Positions 29,610 through 39,766 of a stretch of 64,000 nucleotides of DNA are shown piece by piece. The DNA lies in NCBI GenBank assembly GCA_963826785.1, contig CAWGYD010000002.1, forward strand, positions 1 through 64,000, read 5' to 3'. The position numbers were made by a program, and so were the translations under genes. The notes below the pieces were generated by a model. That model was not told the origin of the DNA and made no database searches. It was given only the letters and a program-made list of their open reading frames with translations. Position 1 is the first letter of the stretch. Every line of letters begins with the position of its first letter. Origin of the DNA: an uncultured delta proteobacterium. Its GTDB lineage: Bacteria > Desulfobacterota > Desulfobacteria > Desulfobacterales > Desulfosalsimonadaceae.

Positions 29610-30785
29610 ATGACACACGTGATCACGGGACTTGAGCAATTGATCCGGATGCGCCCCGGGCGCCTGTCCGGCAAACGACTGGGCCTTCTGTGCAACCCGG
29701 CTTCCGTTGACCGAACCTTTCGGCATGCGAAAGAACTCATCAGCGAACATTTTCCGGGGCAGCTTTGCGCCCTGTATTCCCCGCAGCACGGATTTTTCGC
29801 CGAAAAGCAGGATAACATGGTCGAATCGGACGATTTTATGGATCCGCGCCTGAAAATCCCCATTTTCAGCCTGTACGGAACGTCACGCGTACCCACGCAA
29901 AAAATGCTGGACCCCATTGACGTGCTGCTCATTGATCTCCAGGATGCCGGAACCCGGGTATACACCTTCACCTCAACGGTTTCATACTGCATGGAAGCCG
30001 CCGCACAAGCAGGAATTGCCGTCATCATCCTGGACCGTCCCAATCCGGTCAGCGGGCATCAGGCGGAAGGCAACCTGCTCAACCCCGATTTTGCATCCTT
30101 TGTGGGCCGCTATCCCATACCCATGCGCCACGGCTTGACCATGGGTGAGTTCGCCCTGTATATCAACCAAACCCATAATATCGGCTGCGACCTGGAGGTA
30201 GTGCCCATGGCGGGATGGGAACGGAAGATGTATTTCAACCATACCGGCCTGCCCTGGGTGCCGCCGTCGCCCAACCTGCCCGCAGTATCTTCGGCCGTGG
30301 TCTATCCCGGCCAGGTCATCTGGGAAGGGACCTGCATTTCAGAAGGGAGGGGAACGACGCTTCCCTTCGAGATGTTCGGCGCCCCATTTATGGATATTGA
30401 AAAGATCCTGACCTCCTTCGGCGGCACCCGTTTTCCAGGCGGGGTGCTGCGGCCCATCATTTTCGAACCCACCTTCCACAAATACGCAGGGCAGTCGTGC
30501 CATGGATTTCAGCTGCATATCACCGACGTGTACCAGTTCTCGCCCTATGCGACATCCCTTCGGCTGCTTGAGGCCATTTTCAAACACCATCCAGACCGTT
30601 TTGAATGGAAATCGCCGCCCTATGAATATGAATGGGATAAAAATCCATTTGACCTGATCACCGGCGATGACCGGATCCGGATCCGCATGGAAGACGGAGA
30701 ACCCTTCGAATCCATTGAAGCGGACTGGCGCGGACCACTAAATGATTATATCCAGATGAGTCAGAAATTTTATCTTTATTCATAG
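29610..30785 (+). CDS. Exo-beta-N-acetylmuramidase NamZ family (DUF1343)
   Basis: SPQHG; DLQD.GTRVYTF; LDRPNP; PMRHGLTMGE; WVPPSPNLP; SEGRGT. Confidence 0.9.
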   Translation: MTHVITGLEQLIRMRPGRLSGKRLGLLCNPASVDRTFRHAKELISEHFPGQLCALYSPQHGFFAEKQDNMVESDDFMDPRLKIPIFSLYGTSRVPTQKMLDPIDVLLIDLQDAGTRVYTFTSTVSYCMEAAAQAGIAVIILDRPNPVSGHQAEGNLLNPDFASFVGRYPIPMRHGLTMGEFALYINQTHNIGCDLEVVPMAGWERKMYFNHTGLPWVPPSPNLPAVSSAVVYPGQVIWEGTCISEGRGTTLPFEMFGAPFMDIEKILTSFGGTRFPGGVLRPIIFEPTFHKYAGQSCHGFQLHITDVYQFSPYATSLRLLEAIFKHHPDRFEWKSPPYEYEWDKNPFDLITGDDRIRIRMEDGEPFESIEADWRGPLNDYIQMSQKFYLYS

Positions 30786-30803
30786 AAGGCCGGGGGAAAC
30801 GAT

Positions 30804-31484
30804 TTGAACCCAGAAGCCCGCGACTGGATCCGGAAGATGTTTAAGAAAAACAAGGTGTGGATGGCTGTAGACGAACAGGGGCAACCGCTGGTCCGCAGCG
30901 GGCGGGTGCTGATCAAATACCAGCGGGATCAGGATTACGAATACTGGATCGATCCCGCGCAAATTAAGGAGATTCCCGCCGGGAGCGAAACGTCTGTTCA
31001 AAAACCGCGTAAAAGGAAAGCGGCCGGGGAAAAAACGGTGGAGCCGCGGCTGGAGCCGGATCATCCCGAAAACACCATCATCATTTATACAGATGGCGCT
31101 TCCTCCGGAAATCCCGGGCCTGCCGGCATTGGCATCGTAATGCGCTACGGGGCGCATGAACGCGAAATCTCAAAGTATATCGGGGAAGCCACAAATAACG
31201 TGGCTGAACTGGAAGCGGTGAGAACCGCTCTTGCCGAACTCAAGCGGACCGATCTGCCGGTGTGGATTTATACCGATTCCACCTATGTTCAGGGACTGCT
31301 GATTTCCGGATGGAAAGCACAAAAAAACAAACCCCTGATCGATTCGATCCGCAAATTATGTGCGGCCTTCAGCGATCTTCACATCATCAAGGTCAAGGGG
31401 CACAGCGGCGTTTCGGAAAATGAGCGGGCGGACGAACTGGCCACTTCCGCCATTGATACGCACCTGAAGGGAGAAGGCCGATAA
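30804..31484 (+). CDS. rnhA: Ribonuclease HI with N-terminal extension
   Basis: YTDGASSGNPGP; TNNVAEL; YTDSTYV; KVKGHSG..NERADELA. Confidence 0.92.
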   Translation: MNPEARDWIRKMFKKNKVWMAVDEQGQPLVRSGRVLIKYQRDQDYEYWIDPAQIKEIPAGSETSVQKPRKRKAAGEKTVEPRLEPDHPENTIIIYTDGASSGNPGPAGIGIVMRYGAHEREISKYIGEATNNVAELEAVRTALAELKRTDLPVWIYTDSTYVQGLLISGWKAQKNKPLIDSIRKLCAAFSDLHIIKVKGHSGVSENERADELATSAIDTHLKGEGR

Positions 31485-31485
31485 A

Positions 31486-31524
31486 ACGAACACCCCCGTG
31501 AATCATCTCCACGGGGGTGTTCGT
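31486..31524. terminator. Hairpin between convergent genes (probable terminator)
   Basis: ACGAACACCCCCGTG-loop-CACGGGGGTGTTCGT, perfect 15-bp stem. Confidence 0.75.
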
Positions 31525-31618
31525 ATATTTACAAAATCAAGAAAATCAATTCACATGCGGGATGCCCCGGCCCGGCACATTTCGACGAAGCAGGCGCAGC
31601 GATCCCGCAGATGTTGAT

Positions 31619-31897
31619 TTATTTCTTTTCTTTGAGCGTTTCAATCTCTTTTTTCAGCTCATCATTTTCCCGCTTAAAACGATCCAAGTCGGTTTCCACG
31701 TCTCCTTCGGCAATGCCGCCTTCTTTCTGCCAGGTATCCTTGAGTTCGTCAAATCCCAGATAGAGCGCCAGGCAACCGCCGAGCAAAAGCATGATGGGGA
31801 GTGCACCCGCCAGAAGATGTAAAAACGCTTCAAACCAAATCGCCAATCCGATGACTCCGATAACCGCCGCTATTGCACCACCTATCAATGTCTTCAT
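31619..31897 (-). CDS. Small two-TM membrane protein with C-terminal coiled coil (MamI-like pattern)
   Basis: Strong SD AGGAGGAG; two hydrophobic helices, then a charged tail. Confidence 0.85.
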   Translation of the reverse strand: MKTLIGGAIAAVIGVIGLAIWFEAFLHLLAGALPIMLLLGGCLALYLGFDELKDTWQKEGGIAEGDVETDLDRFKRENDELKKEIETLKEKK

Positions 31898-32324
31898 AAA
31901 TCCGACTCCTCCTTTGAAATTAACAGTGAATATCTTCTATATTTTGATGTGTTTCTCTTTAATTCAGCCTGATGAATAATATTATTTTCTACCATAATCC
32001 TTTTAGTAAAGCAAGGCAAAATTTTTCCATTCCTATCCTTCAAGCGCATCTTTGCTGGCCTCGTAAAAGGGCATCCGCATTCTCGATACACATTTTTTGG
32101 GCAAAGAAATTTTTGCCAGTCGATTCCGGATCAGGCGATGCCGGATCAGGATGATCAAGGCGCCGGAGTTCACCGCAATTGCGCTTGCAAACATAGCGGC
32201 AAATTGATAATATTTTCGGATTGCCATCGCCGCCCTGATCCAAAGAGGGGGGACCGATCCGGTTTTTTAAGGATTTTGCCGGGAAAGCGGCGGCAAAAAG
32301 TGATGAACATGCGCACCATCGTGA

Positions 32325-34967
32325 GTGAACCGGATGAAAATGAATCGGATGATAAAAAGCAGTCATTCCGGCCGTAAAAAATGGTTCGGCCGCAAAACGT
32401 CCAAGCCCGGCCGCCATTTCGGCTGTTATCTGCCGCCTTACACCGGGTTTTTATCCCAGCTGATATTCAAGCTCCTTTTTTCGGGAATCAAAATCCCGCC
32501 GACGGAAACCCAGTCCATTTCGAATGCGAAAGACCGGGGCATTATCATTTTGGTGAACAAGTACAAAAGCCCGTTCGAATTTTATTTTTATCATACCCGG
32601 TTTCAGCAGGAAAACATCCCCCATCCCAGCATCGGCCTGGATTACACCCTGATGCTCTGGCAGCCGTGGCGGTTTTTCGCCATTGCCTGGACCCACATCC
32701 GGTATTTTGCCAAGCATCTGTCATTTCCCAATCCTTACAACAGCGGCTTTATATATGATAAACTGTGCGGCGGGGAAACGGGCCTGATTTCACTGGTGGA
32801 AGAAAAAGGATTTTACCGCCGGTTCGTCAAGTCAAAAACAGACCCCTTTCACTTTCTCATCGGGATGCAGAAATCCGCGGACCGGCCCATCATCTTTTTT
32901 CCTCAGCTGATGCTGTTCAGCAAGGCGCCGGAAACCACCAAACTCTCATTTATCGACATGATCTTCGGTACCGCCGAAAACCCCGGGCGTCTCCGGCGCC
33001 TGGTGGCCCTGATCAAAAGTCCCAAAAAAATCATCATCGAAACAGGCGATCCCGTTTATCTGACTGATTTTCTAAACCGCCCTGAAATCGCCACTATGGG
33101 CGCGGCCAACCAGGCGGTCGCCCTCCGGCGATTTCTGCTGCTCCAATTGAACCGGCACCGTCAGACCATCACCGGACCGCGGCTCAAATCCCGTCTGGAA
33201 ATCATGGAGGAACTGCTCACCAATCAAAAAGTCCAGAAAACAATCGTCGATTACGGCGAAAGCGAGCACGTCTCCATACACCAGGCCCACAAACGCGCCG
33301 TTCAGCATCTGGATGAAATCGCGTCCAATTACAATTTGAAAATGATCCGGGTATTCGATGTGGTGCTCCGGTGGGTGTTCAAGCATATCTTCGAAGGGAT
33401 GGTCGTCGATACCGGGGGACTGGACCGGATCAAGCGGATCTCCAAAAAAGGCCCGCTGGTCCTGGTTCCCTGCCATAAGAGCCATCTGGACTACCTGATC
33501 CTCTCTTACGTATTTTTCAACAACAACATGCCCTGCCCCCTGATCGCGGCGGGCAAAAATTTATCTTTCTGGCCCCTCGGCCCCATTTTCAGGGGCGGCG
33601 GTGCTTTTTTTCTCCGCCGGACCTTCAAGGGCGATCCCCTGTATCCCAAAATATTCGCCGCCTATATCCAGAAAATCCTGGCAGAGGGTTTTAACGTCGA
33701 ATTTTTCGTCGAAGGGGGAAGAAGCCGCACCGGAAAGCTGCTGGCGCCCAAGGTGGGGCTGTTGTCCCTGCTCATCGAAGCATTTCTCGATAACAACTGG
33801 CAGGACATGTATTTTGTTCCCATTTACATCGGATATGATCGTGTGCTCGAGGAAAGCGCATACATTCATGAAATCGAGGGCGGCAAAAAAACGCCTGAAA
33901 ATTTTAAAAACGTCATCAAGGCACGAAAATTCCTGAAAAAAAAATATGGCAAGATCTACCTGAATTTTCACGAACCCTTTTCCCTTCGTGAATACCTGGA
34001 TCTGCTCGACCCGGCTTCAACGGAGACGGGAAAATCCAGGGGCATGTTCATGGAATTCGGCAGAAAGATGGTGGGCGCCATCAACCGGGTGTCTGTGGTT
34101 ACCCCCCACGGGGTGGTGGCCGCAGCCATACTCAACAGCCAGCAGAAGCGCTTCTATTACAATCAACTCATGGACCAGGTGGAAACCTACATGTCGTATC
34201 TCATGTCACAGAACGTCAATCTGGCCGACACCCTCATGATCGATCGGGCCAGCGCGTTCAACCACGTGCTCGAATCCTTTGCCCAGAACAAGCTGCTTGA
34301 AAAAGGCGCATCCGAATTTTCAAATGTGCCCGATGCCAACCCGATGTTTAAGGTCATAGAGGCCAAACGGCCGGCGCTGGATTATTACAAGAACAACGGC
34401 ATCATTCATTTCATTCCGGCCGCGTTCACGGCACTGGGCATTCTCAAGAAGGATGCGTTTCAGTTCTCGGCCACGGACCTGCATGCCAGCTACAAATTCC
34501 TGCAGGAATTTTTCGAAAACGAGTTTATCTTCGATCCGGAGCAGCCGGTGGAGATCATCGTCCGCAAAAACCTCAAATCCTTTATTGACGATGCCATTAT
34601 CATGCCCCACCCCGCCCTTCCGGACACGTATAATCTCACCTCCGCCGGATTCAGGAAACTCAACCTGTTTGCCGGTTTCCTCGCCCCCTACTTCGAGGCA
34701 TACTGGGTGGTGCTCAATTTCATCCGGCGATATACCAAGCAGTCCATTTTCGATGTCAAGGATTACATTAAAAAAATCGAATCCATGGGCACCCGGATGT
34801 ACAAGCGAAATGAAATCCAGCGGCGCGAATCGCTGTCGAGAATCAATTACAAGAATGCCGTCACTTTCTTTACCAGCCACGGCCTGATCAATCCGGAATC
34901 CGACCGGGATAAGATCGAATTTTACAAGAAGGTCATCCAGGAGTACCGGCGCTATCTGCCCGGCTGA
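32325..34967 (+). CDS. plsB: Glycerol-3-phosphate acyltransferase (PlsB-like)
   Basis: PCHKSHLDY (HX4D); IAAGKNL; GAFFLRR; FVEGGRSRTGK. Confidence 0.88.
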   Translation: MNRMKMNRMIKSSHSGRKKWFGRKTSKPGRHFGCYLPPYTGFLSQLIFKLLFSGIKIPPTETQSISNAKDRGIIILVNKYKSPFEFYFYHTRFQQENIPHPSIGLDYTLMLWQPWRFFAIAWTHIRYFAKHLSFPNPYNSGFIYDKLCGGETGLISLVEEKGFYRRFVKSKTDPFHFLIGMQKSADRPIIFFPQLMLFSKAPETTKLSFIDMIFGTAENPGRLRRLVALIKSPKKIIIETGDPVYLTDFLNRPEIATMGAANQAVALRRFLLLQLNRHRQTITGPRLKSRLEIMEELLTNQKVQKTIVDYGESEHVSIHQAHKRAVQHLDEIASNYNLKMIRVFDVVLRWVFKHIFEGMVVDTGGLDRIKRISKKGPLVLVPCHKSHLDYLILSYVFFNNNMPCPLIAAGKNLSFWPLGPIFRGGGAFFLRRTFKGDPLYPKIFAAYIQKILAEGFNVEFFVEGGRSRTGKLLAPKVGLLSLLIEAFLDNNWQDMYFVPIYIGYDRVLEESAYIHEIEGGKKTPENFKNVIKARKFLKKKYGKIYLNFHEPFSLREYLDLLDPASTETGKSRGMFMEFGRKMVGAINRVSVVTPHGVVAAAILNSQQKRFYYNQLMDQVETYMSYLMSQNVNLADTLMIDRASAFNHVLESFAQNKLLEKGASEFSNVPDANPMFKVIEAKRPALDYYKNNGIIHFIPAAFTALGILKKDAFQFSATDLHASYKFLQEFFENEFIFDPEQPVEIIVRKNLKSFIDDAIIMPHPALPDTYNLTSAGFRKLNLFAGFLAPYFEAYWVVLNFIRRYTKQSIFDVKDYIKKIESMGTRMYKRNEIQRRESLSRINYKNAVTFFTSHGLINPESDRDKIEFYKKVIQEYRRYLPG

Positions 34968-35032
34968 TCCGCGGTTTTGCGCCGAGCGCGTTCTTTCGAA
35001 AACCTTTTCGTCAATTACAGCTGAATTTTTCT

Positions 35033-36757
35033 ATGAAAGCACTGATTCTGTCGGCCGGATACGGGACCCGGCTCCTGCCGCATACCCAAATCCTTCCCAA
35101 GCCGCTCTTTCCCATCAACGGCCGCCCGCTGGTGGATCGGATCATCGGACGGCTCATCGAATCGGGATGCACCGGCATTATCCTCAATATTCACCACCTG
35201 CACCGGCAGATCGCCGAATTTGTCCGCGCCCGGTCCTATCCCGTGCCGGTTGAAACCGCCTTTGAAGCGCAAATCCTGGGAACCGGCGGCGCCATCCGCA
35301 ATGTTTCGGCCTTTTTGAAGGACCAGCCTTTTCTGGTCATCAACAGCGACATCGTCACCGACCTCGATTTTGCCGCCATTTACCGGTTTCACCTGGGACA
35401 TCCCCATCCCGCCACCCTGGTCATGCATGATTATCAGCAATTCAACAAGGTCTGGGTGGACGAGTGCCACCGCATCGCAAGCTTTCGTGAAGATCCACCG
35501 GCGGATCCGGCCGTCAAACTGGCTTTTACCGGCATACAGGTTTTAGACCCGCAGGTGATTGACTGGATCCCGGAAAACCGGTCCGTCGGCAGCATCGGTA
35601 TTTTTCAGCACATGATCGACAGCGGCTGCACCCTGGCGGCGTATATGGCCAAAAACCATTACTGGCGCGATGTGGGCACGCCGGAAAGTTATTTCGAGGC
35701 GGTGTATGAACAGACAATGCCGGCCGCCTTTCAACGGGCCTTCGGAGTGCCGCCCGAAGCGCCGGTTACCCGCGTGCTGCTTGCCGGCGACGGCTCGGAC
35801 AGGAAGTGGTACCGGATCACATCTGCAGGCCGCTCCCTGATCATGGCCGACCACGGCATCACCGCAGGATCGGAAACATCCGAGATCGACGCCTTCGTAA
35901 ACATCGGAAGCCACCTGCTCAAAACCGGGGTCCCCGTGCCGGAAATTTACTTTTCCGACCGGTTCTCGGGCATCGCCTACATGGCGGATCTGGGCGATAT
36001 TCACCTGCAGTCGGCTGTTTTGGCCCGCCACCGGCCGGAACAGGTGATCGATCTGTATAAACAGGTGATCGATCATCTGGCCCATATGTCCCTTGCCGGG
36101 GCAGACGGGTTCGATCCGGACTGGCCGTATCAGACCCCCCGCTATGACCGGGAGCTGATCCTGGAGCGGGAATGCCGGTACTTTGTGGAAGCCCTGCTCA
36201 ACCAATACCTGGGAATCGGCCTTTCCTATGAGGCCATGGAATCCGAGTTTGAGTGGATCGCCGCAAATCTGCTTGAAAACGCGGTTTCCGGATTCATGCA
36301 CCGGGATCTTCAATCGCGCAATATCATGGTGAAAGACGGCCGCATCGGATTCATCGATTTTCAGGGTGGGCGCCTGGGGCCGGTGCAGTACGACCTGGCC
36401 GCGCTGCTATGCGACCCTTATGTTCATCTGTCCCCTTCGATTAAGGAGCGGCTGCTGGAATATGCCTTAAGCGCATTTAAAAAGCAGGCCCGCCTGGATG
36501 CGGAAAAATTCATCAAAGGATACCGCTTCTGCGCGGTCACCCGCCTGCTCCAGGCTTTGGGTGCCTTCGGGTTCCTGGCCGGCCGGAAAAAAAAGGCGTT
36601 CTTTGCCGACTATATCCCCATCGCCCTGGAGACGCTTACGGCACAGCTTCAGCACCTGGATTCCCGTCACATCAAAAAACTTCAAAACACCGTTTCAGAA
36701 GCCCGAAAAGCAGCAAAGGTTAAAGCCCGGGCGCAAATGCCGAAACCTGCAGGCTGA
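35033..36757 (+). CDS. Fusion of a MurU-like nucleotidyltransferase and an AmgK-like (APH family) sugar kinase
   Basis: N-terminal LSAGYGTRL..PKPL, ILGTGG, INSD; C-terminal GDGSDRKWYR, DLGD, HRDLQSRN, IDFQG, YDLAALL. Confidence 0.88.
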   Translation: MKALILSAGYGTRLLPHTQILPKPLFPINGRPLVDRIIGRLIESGCTGIILNIHHLHRQIAEFVRARSYPVPVETAFEAQILGTGGAIRNVSAFLKDQPFLVINSDIVTDLDFAAIYRFHLGHPHPATLVMHDYQQFNKVWVDECHRIASFREDPPADPAVKLAFTGIQVLDPQVIDWIPENRSVGSIGIFQHMIDSGCTLAAYMAKNHYWRDVGTPESYFEAVYEQTMPAAFQRAFGVPPEAPVTRVLLAGDGSDRKWYRITSAGRSLIMADHGITAGSETSEIDAFVNIGSHLLKTGVPVPEIYFSDRFSGIAYMADLGDIHLQSAVLARHRPEQVIDLYKQVIDHLAHMSLAGADGFDPDWPYQTPRYDRELILERECRYFVEALLNQYLGIGLSYEAMESEFEWIAANLLENAVSGFMHRDLQSRNIMVKDGRIGFIDFQGGRLGPVQYDLAALLCDPYVHLSPSIKERLLEYALSAFKKQARLDAEKFIKGYRFCAVTRLLQALGAFGFLAGRKKKAFFADYIPIALETLTAQLQHLDSRHIKKLQNTVSEARKAAKVKARAQMPKPAG

Positions 36758-36840
36758 AACAAACCGGTCAATATTTGAAACCTTGTTCCTGCTGTGTTAT
36801 CTTGATTTTTCAATTATCCTGATGAATTTGCGAGGTCGAT

Positions 36841-37680
36841 ATGCAACCAGTCAATGTCATGATCAATGGGATTCCCGGAAAAGTAGCCATCAATATCGCC
36901 GAACACGTGCTGAGCGACAGCCGATTTAAGCTGATCCCCTGGTCGTTGACCGGGCCGGATATCGGGGAGAACTCCTGTATGGTAAAAGACGTATCCGTGC
37001 GCCTGGTAACACCGGCGGACCGGTCCGCTGAAATTAAAAAGATCCTTTCCGCGCATGGCTCTTTTATCACCATTGATTTCACCCTGCCGGCAGCCGTAAA
37101 CGATAATGCGCGCTTTTACTGTAAAAACGATCTTCCCTTTGTCATGGGAACCACCGGCGGGGATCGGGCCGCCCTTGAAGAGACGGTCCGCGCCTCATCC
37201 ATCTCGGCCGTGATCGCGCCCAACATGGTCAAGCAGATCGTGGGATTCCAGGCCATGATGGAATACGCCGCCGAAAATTTTCCGGGACTGTTCGCCGGCT
37301 ATCACTTGAATATTACGGAAAGCCACCAGCAGACCAAGGTGGATACCAGCGGCACGGCCAAAGCCATGGTAACCTATTTCAATGCACTGGGAGTGCCTTT
37401 TAAAAACGACGATATCGTCCAGATCCGGGACCCGGAAATACAGAAAAACCAGATGGGCATACCGGAAGCCTATTTGACGGGACACGGGTGGCACACCTAC
37501 AGCCTGACCTCGCCGGACGATACCGTAAAATTCAGCTTCACCCATAACATCAACGGACGGGACATCTATGCCGGGGGGACCCTGGATGCGGTCATGTTTC
37601 TTTGCCGCAAAATGGAGGCCGGAAGCAAAGGCCGTGTCTTTACCATGATCGATGTCCTTAAAGGAAACCAATCCTCATGA
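36841..37680 (+). CDS. dapB: 4-hydroxy-tetrahydrodipicolinate reductase (plant/Desulfobacterota type)
   Basis: IDFTLP; FVMGTTGGDR; ESHQ..KVDTSGTA; GHGWHTY. Confidence 0.9.
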   Translation: MQPVNVMINGIPGKVAINIAEHVLSDSRFKLIPWSLTGPDIGENSCMVKDVSVRLVTPADRSAEIKKILSAHGSFITIDFTLPAAVNDNARFYCKNDLPFVMGTTGGDRAALEETVRASSISAVIAPNMVKQIVGFQAMMEYAAENFPGLFAGYHLNITESHQQTKVDTSGTAKAMVTYFNALGVPFKNDDIVQIRDPEIQKNQMGIPEAYLTGHGWHTYSLTSPDDTVKFSFTHNINGRDIYAGGTLDAVMFLCRKMEAGSKGRVFTMIDVLKGNQSS

Positions 37681-39452
37681 AAAAATTCGCCCTCATCCTT
37701 TGCCTGCTGATCGGTTTGCCTTCAGGGGCATCCCTCTGGGCCGCAGGCGGCAAGACTTTTCCGGGGCCGGACTGGAAGGACCGGATCGACCCCATCGCCT
37801 CCCCCGATGCCATTGTCGGGGGTGAAGTCTCTGTTTTCGGCGGACAATATCCCAAGAGCCTCAACTACTACCTGGACAACAACGTCCTTTCCGCGGAAGT
37901 GTTTGGCTCCATGTTCGAAACACTCCTGTCCATGAACCCCATCACCCTGGATTACGAGCCGGGGCTGGCGGATTCCTGGACCATTTCGGAAGACAAAAAA
38001 ACCTTCACCTTCCACATCGATAAAACCGCCCGCTGGAGCGACGGCCAGCCGGTGACGGCAAAGGACGTGAGATGGACCTATGATGCCATCATGGATCCCA
38101 AGAACCTCACCGGCCCCAACAAGATCGCCATGGAGCGCTTTGAACCGCCGGTGGTGGTGGATGATCAGACCATCCGGTTTACCGCCAAAGAAATCCACTG
38201 GAAAAACCTTCAGGCGGCCGGCGGCTTCCAGATCATGCCGGAGCATGCCTACAAAAAACTGGATTTCAACACCATCAATTTCGAATTTCCGGTGGTTTCC
38301 GGCCCCTACCGCCTCGGCCCCATCAACGAGGGCACGTCGCTGCAGCTCAAGCGCCGGGATGACTGGTGGATGATCCATGCCAAACGGAATCAGTACAAGG
38401 GCAATTTCGGAACCCTCACCTACATGTTCTTCGCCGAGCGGACCAACGCCTTCGAGGCCTTCAAAAAGGGGCTTATCGACATATTCCCGGTGTACACTTC
38501 GCGCATCTGGATCAATGAGACCAACGGCGAACCCTTTTTCAAAAACCACATCATCAAGCAAAAGATCAAGAACCACAACCCGGTGGGGTTCCAGGGATTT
38601 GCCATGAACATGCGCAAGCCTCCATTTGACGATATCCGGGTCCGAAAGGCCATGGCTTATCTGCTCAACCGCCGGGAAATGAACCAGACCCTGATGTACA
38701 ACCAGTATTTCCTGCACCGGTCCTATTTCGAGGACCTCTATTCAAAAGACCACCCCTGCCCCAACCCGGTCATCGAAATGGACAAGAAAAAGGCGCGGGA
38801 ACTGCTGGCCGAAGCGGGCTGGAAAGTCAATCCCCAGACCGGCTACCTGGAAAAGAACGGCCAGCGGTTTTCTTTCAACTTCCTCTCCCGGGATGCCTCC
38901 TCGGACAAATTTCTGGCCATTTATGCCGAGGATTTAAAGGATGTGGGCATCGAGATGAACATCGACAAGAAGGACTGGGCCGCCTGGGCCCGGGACATGG
39001 AGGAGTACAATTACCAGATGACCTGGGCGGCCTGGAGTTCGGGCGTGTTTAAAGACCCGGAAAGCATGTGGCTGTCCACTGAAGCGGACCGGAAGGGCGG
39101 AAACAACATCACCGGGTTTAAGAACAAGACCGTGGATGCACTCATCGAGAAGCAGCGGACCCTCTTCGATATCAATGAACGAAATCAGATTTACCGGCAA
39201 ATCGACCAGATTCTTTATAACGATTTTCCCTATGTCCTGCTGTGGAACATCGATTACACGCGGCTGTTGTACTGGAACAAATTCGGCACCCCGCCCACGG
39301 TGCTCTCCAAGTACGGCGATGAGAGCAGCGCCCTGTCCTACTGGTGGGTGGACCCGGATTCACAGGCGGCGCTGACCGATGCCGTCCGCATGAATGCCAT
39401 GCTGCCCCCCAAGCCGCCCACCGTCTCTTTTGACGAGGCCTTCGGCAAATAA
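37677..39452 (+). CDS. ABC transporter family-5 substrate-binding protein (YejA-like)
   Basis: Signal peptide; PGLADSW; ARWSDGQPVTAKDV; SGPY; FDDIRVRKA. Confidence 0.88.
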   Translation: MKKFALILCLLIGLPSGASLWAAGGKTFPGPDWKDRIDPIASPDAIVGGEVSVFGGQYPKSLNYYLDNNVLSAEVFGSMFETLLSMNPITLDYEPGLADSWTISEDKKTFTFHIDKTARWSDGQPVTAKDVRWTYDAIMDPKNLTGPNKIAMERFEPPVVVDDQTIRFTAKEIHWKNLQAAGGFQIMPEHAYKKLDFNTINFEFPVVSGPYRLGPINEGTSLQLKRRDDWWMIHAKRNQYKGNFGTLTYMFFAERTNAFEAFKKGLIDIFPVYTSRIWINETNGEPFFKNHIIKQKIKNHNPVGFQGFAMNMRKPPFDDIRVRKAMAYLLNRREMNQTLMYNQYFLHRSYFEDLYSKDHPCPNPVIEMDKKKARELLAEAGWKVNPQTGYLEKNGQRFSFNFLSRDASSDKFLAIYAEDLKDVGIEMNIDKKDWAAWARDMEEYNYQMTWAAWSSGVFKDPESMWLSTEADRKGGNNITGFKNKTVDALIEKQRTLFDINERNQIYRQIDQILYNDFPYVLLWNIDYTRLLYWNKFGTPPTVLSKYGDESSALSYWWVDPDSQAALTDAVRMNAMLPPKPPTVSFDEAFGK

Positions 39453-39453
39453 T

Positions 39454-39489
39454 AAAAAAAGCCGGGTCGTAAACGGCCCGGCTTTTTTT
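39454..39489. terminator. Bidirectional intrinsic terminator
   Basis: AAAAAAGCCGGGTCGT-AA-ACGGCCCGGCTTTTTT. Confidence 0.85.
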
Positions 39490-39554
39490 ATGTGTGGCAT
39501 TGATGCTTCATTAAGCGATTTACGGATAGAAAGAAATGCCCTTTTTCCGATAAG

Positions 39555-39734
39555 CGCGGCACCCCCCAAGCCCCCCTCAAGGGGGGATTAAGAAGTATCC
39601 TCTCTTCATGTGGTTTATTCCCCGATTGAGAGGTGGTCTTTACCCGCACAAGACACCGGGAGAAATGATAAATGGCCAAATAAAAACCCCAAAACGAAAA
39701 TTCCCCCCTTGAGGGGGGCTTGGGGGGTGTCGCG
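39555..39734. repeat. REP/REPIN-like doublet: two inverted 35-bp units, each itself palindromic
   Basis: 39555-39589 CGCGGCACCCCCCAAGCCCCCCTCAAGGGGGGATT, reverse-complemented at 39700-39734 with 2 mismatches. Confidence 0.85.
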
Positions 39735-39766
39735 GACAGAAAAAACGCCAGACCCATTACGCCCCG

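Noticed and set aside
32123..32150. Tandem CCGGATCAGG repeat
   Set aside because: Only two 10-bp copies; no array structure.
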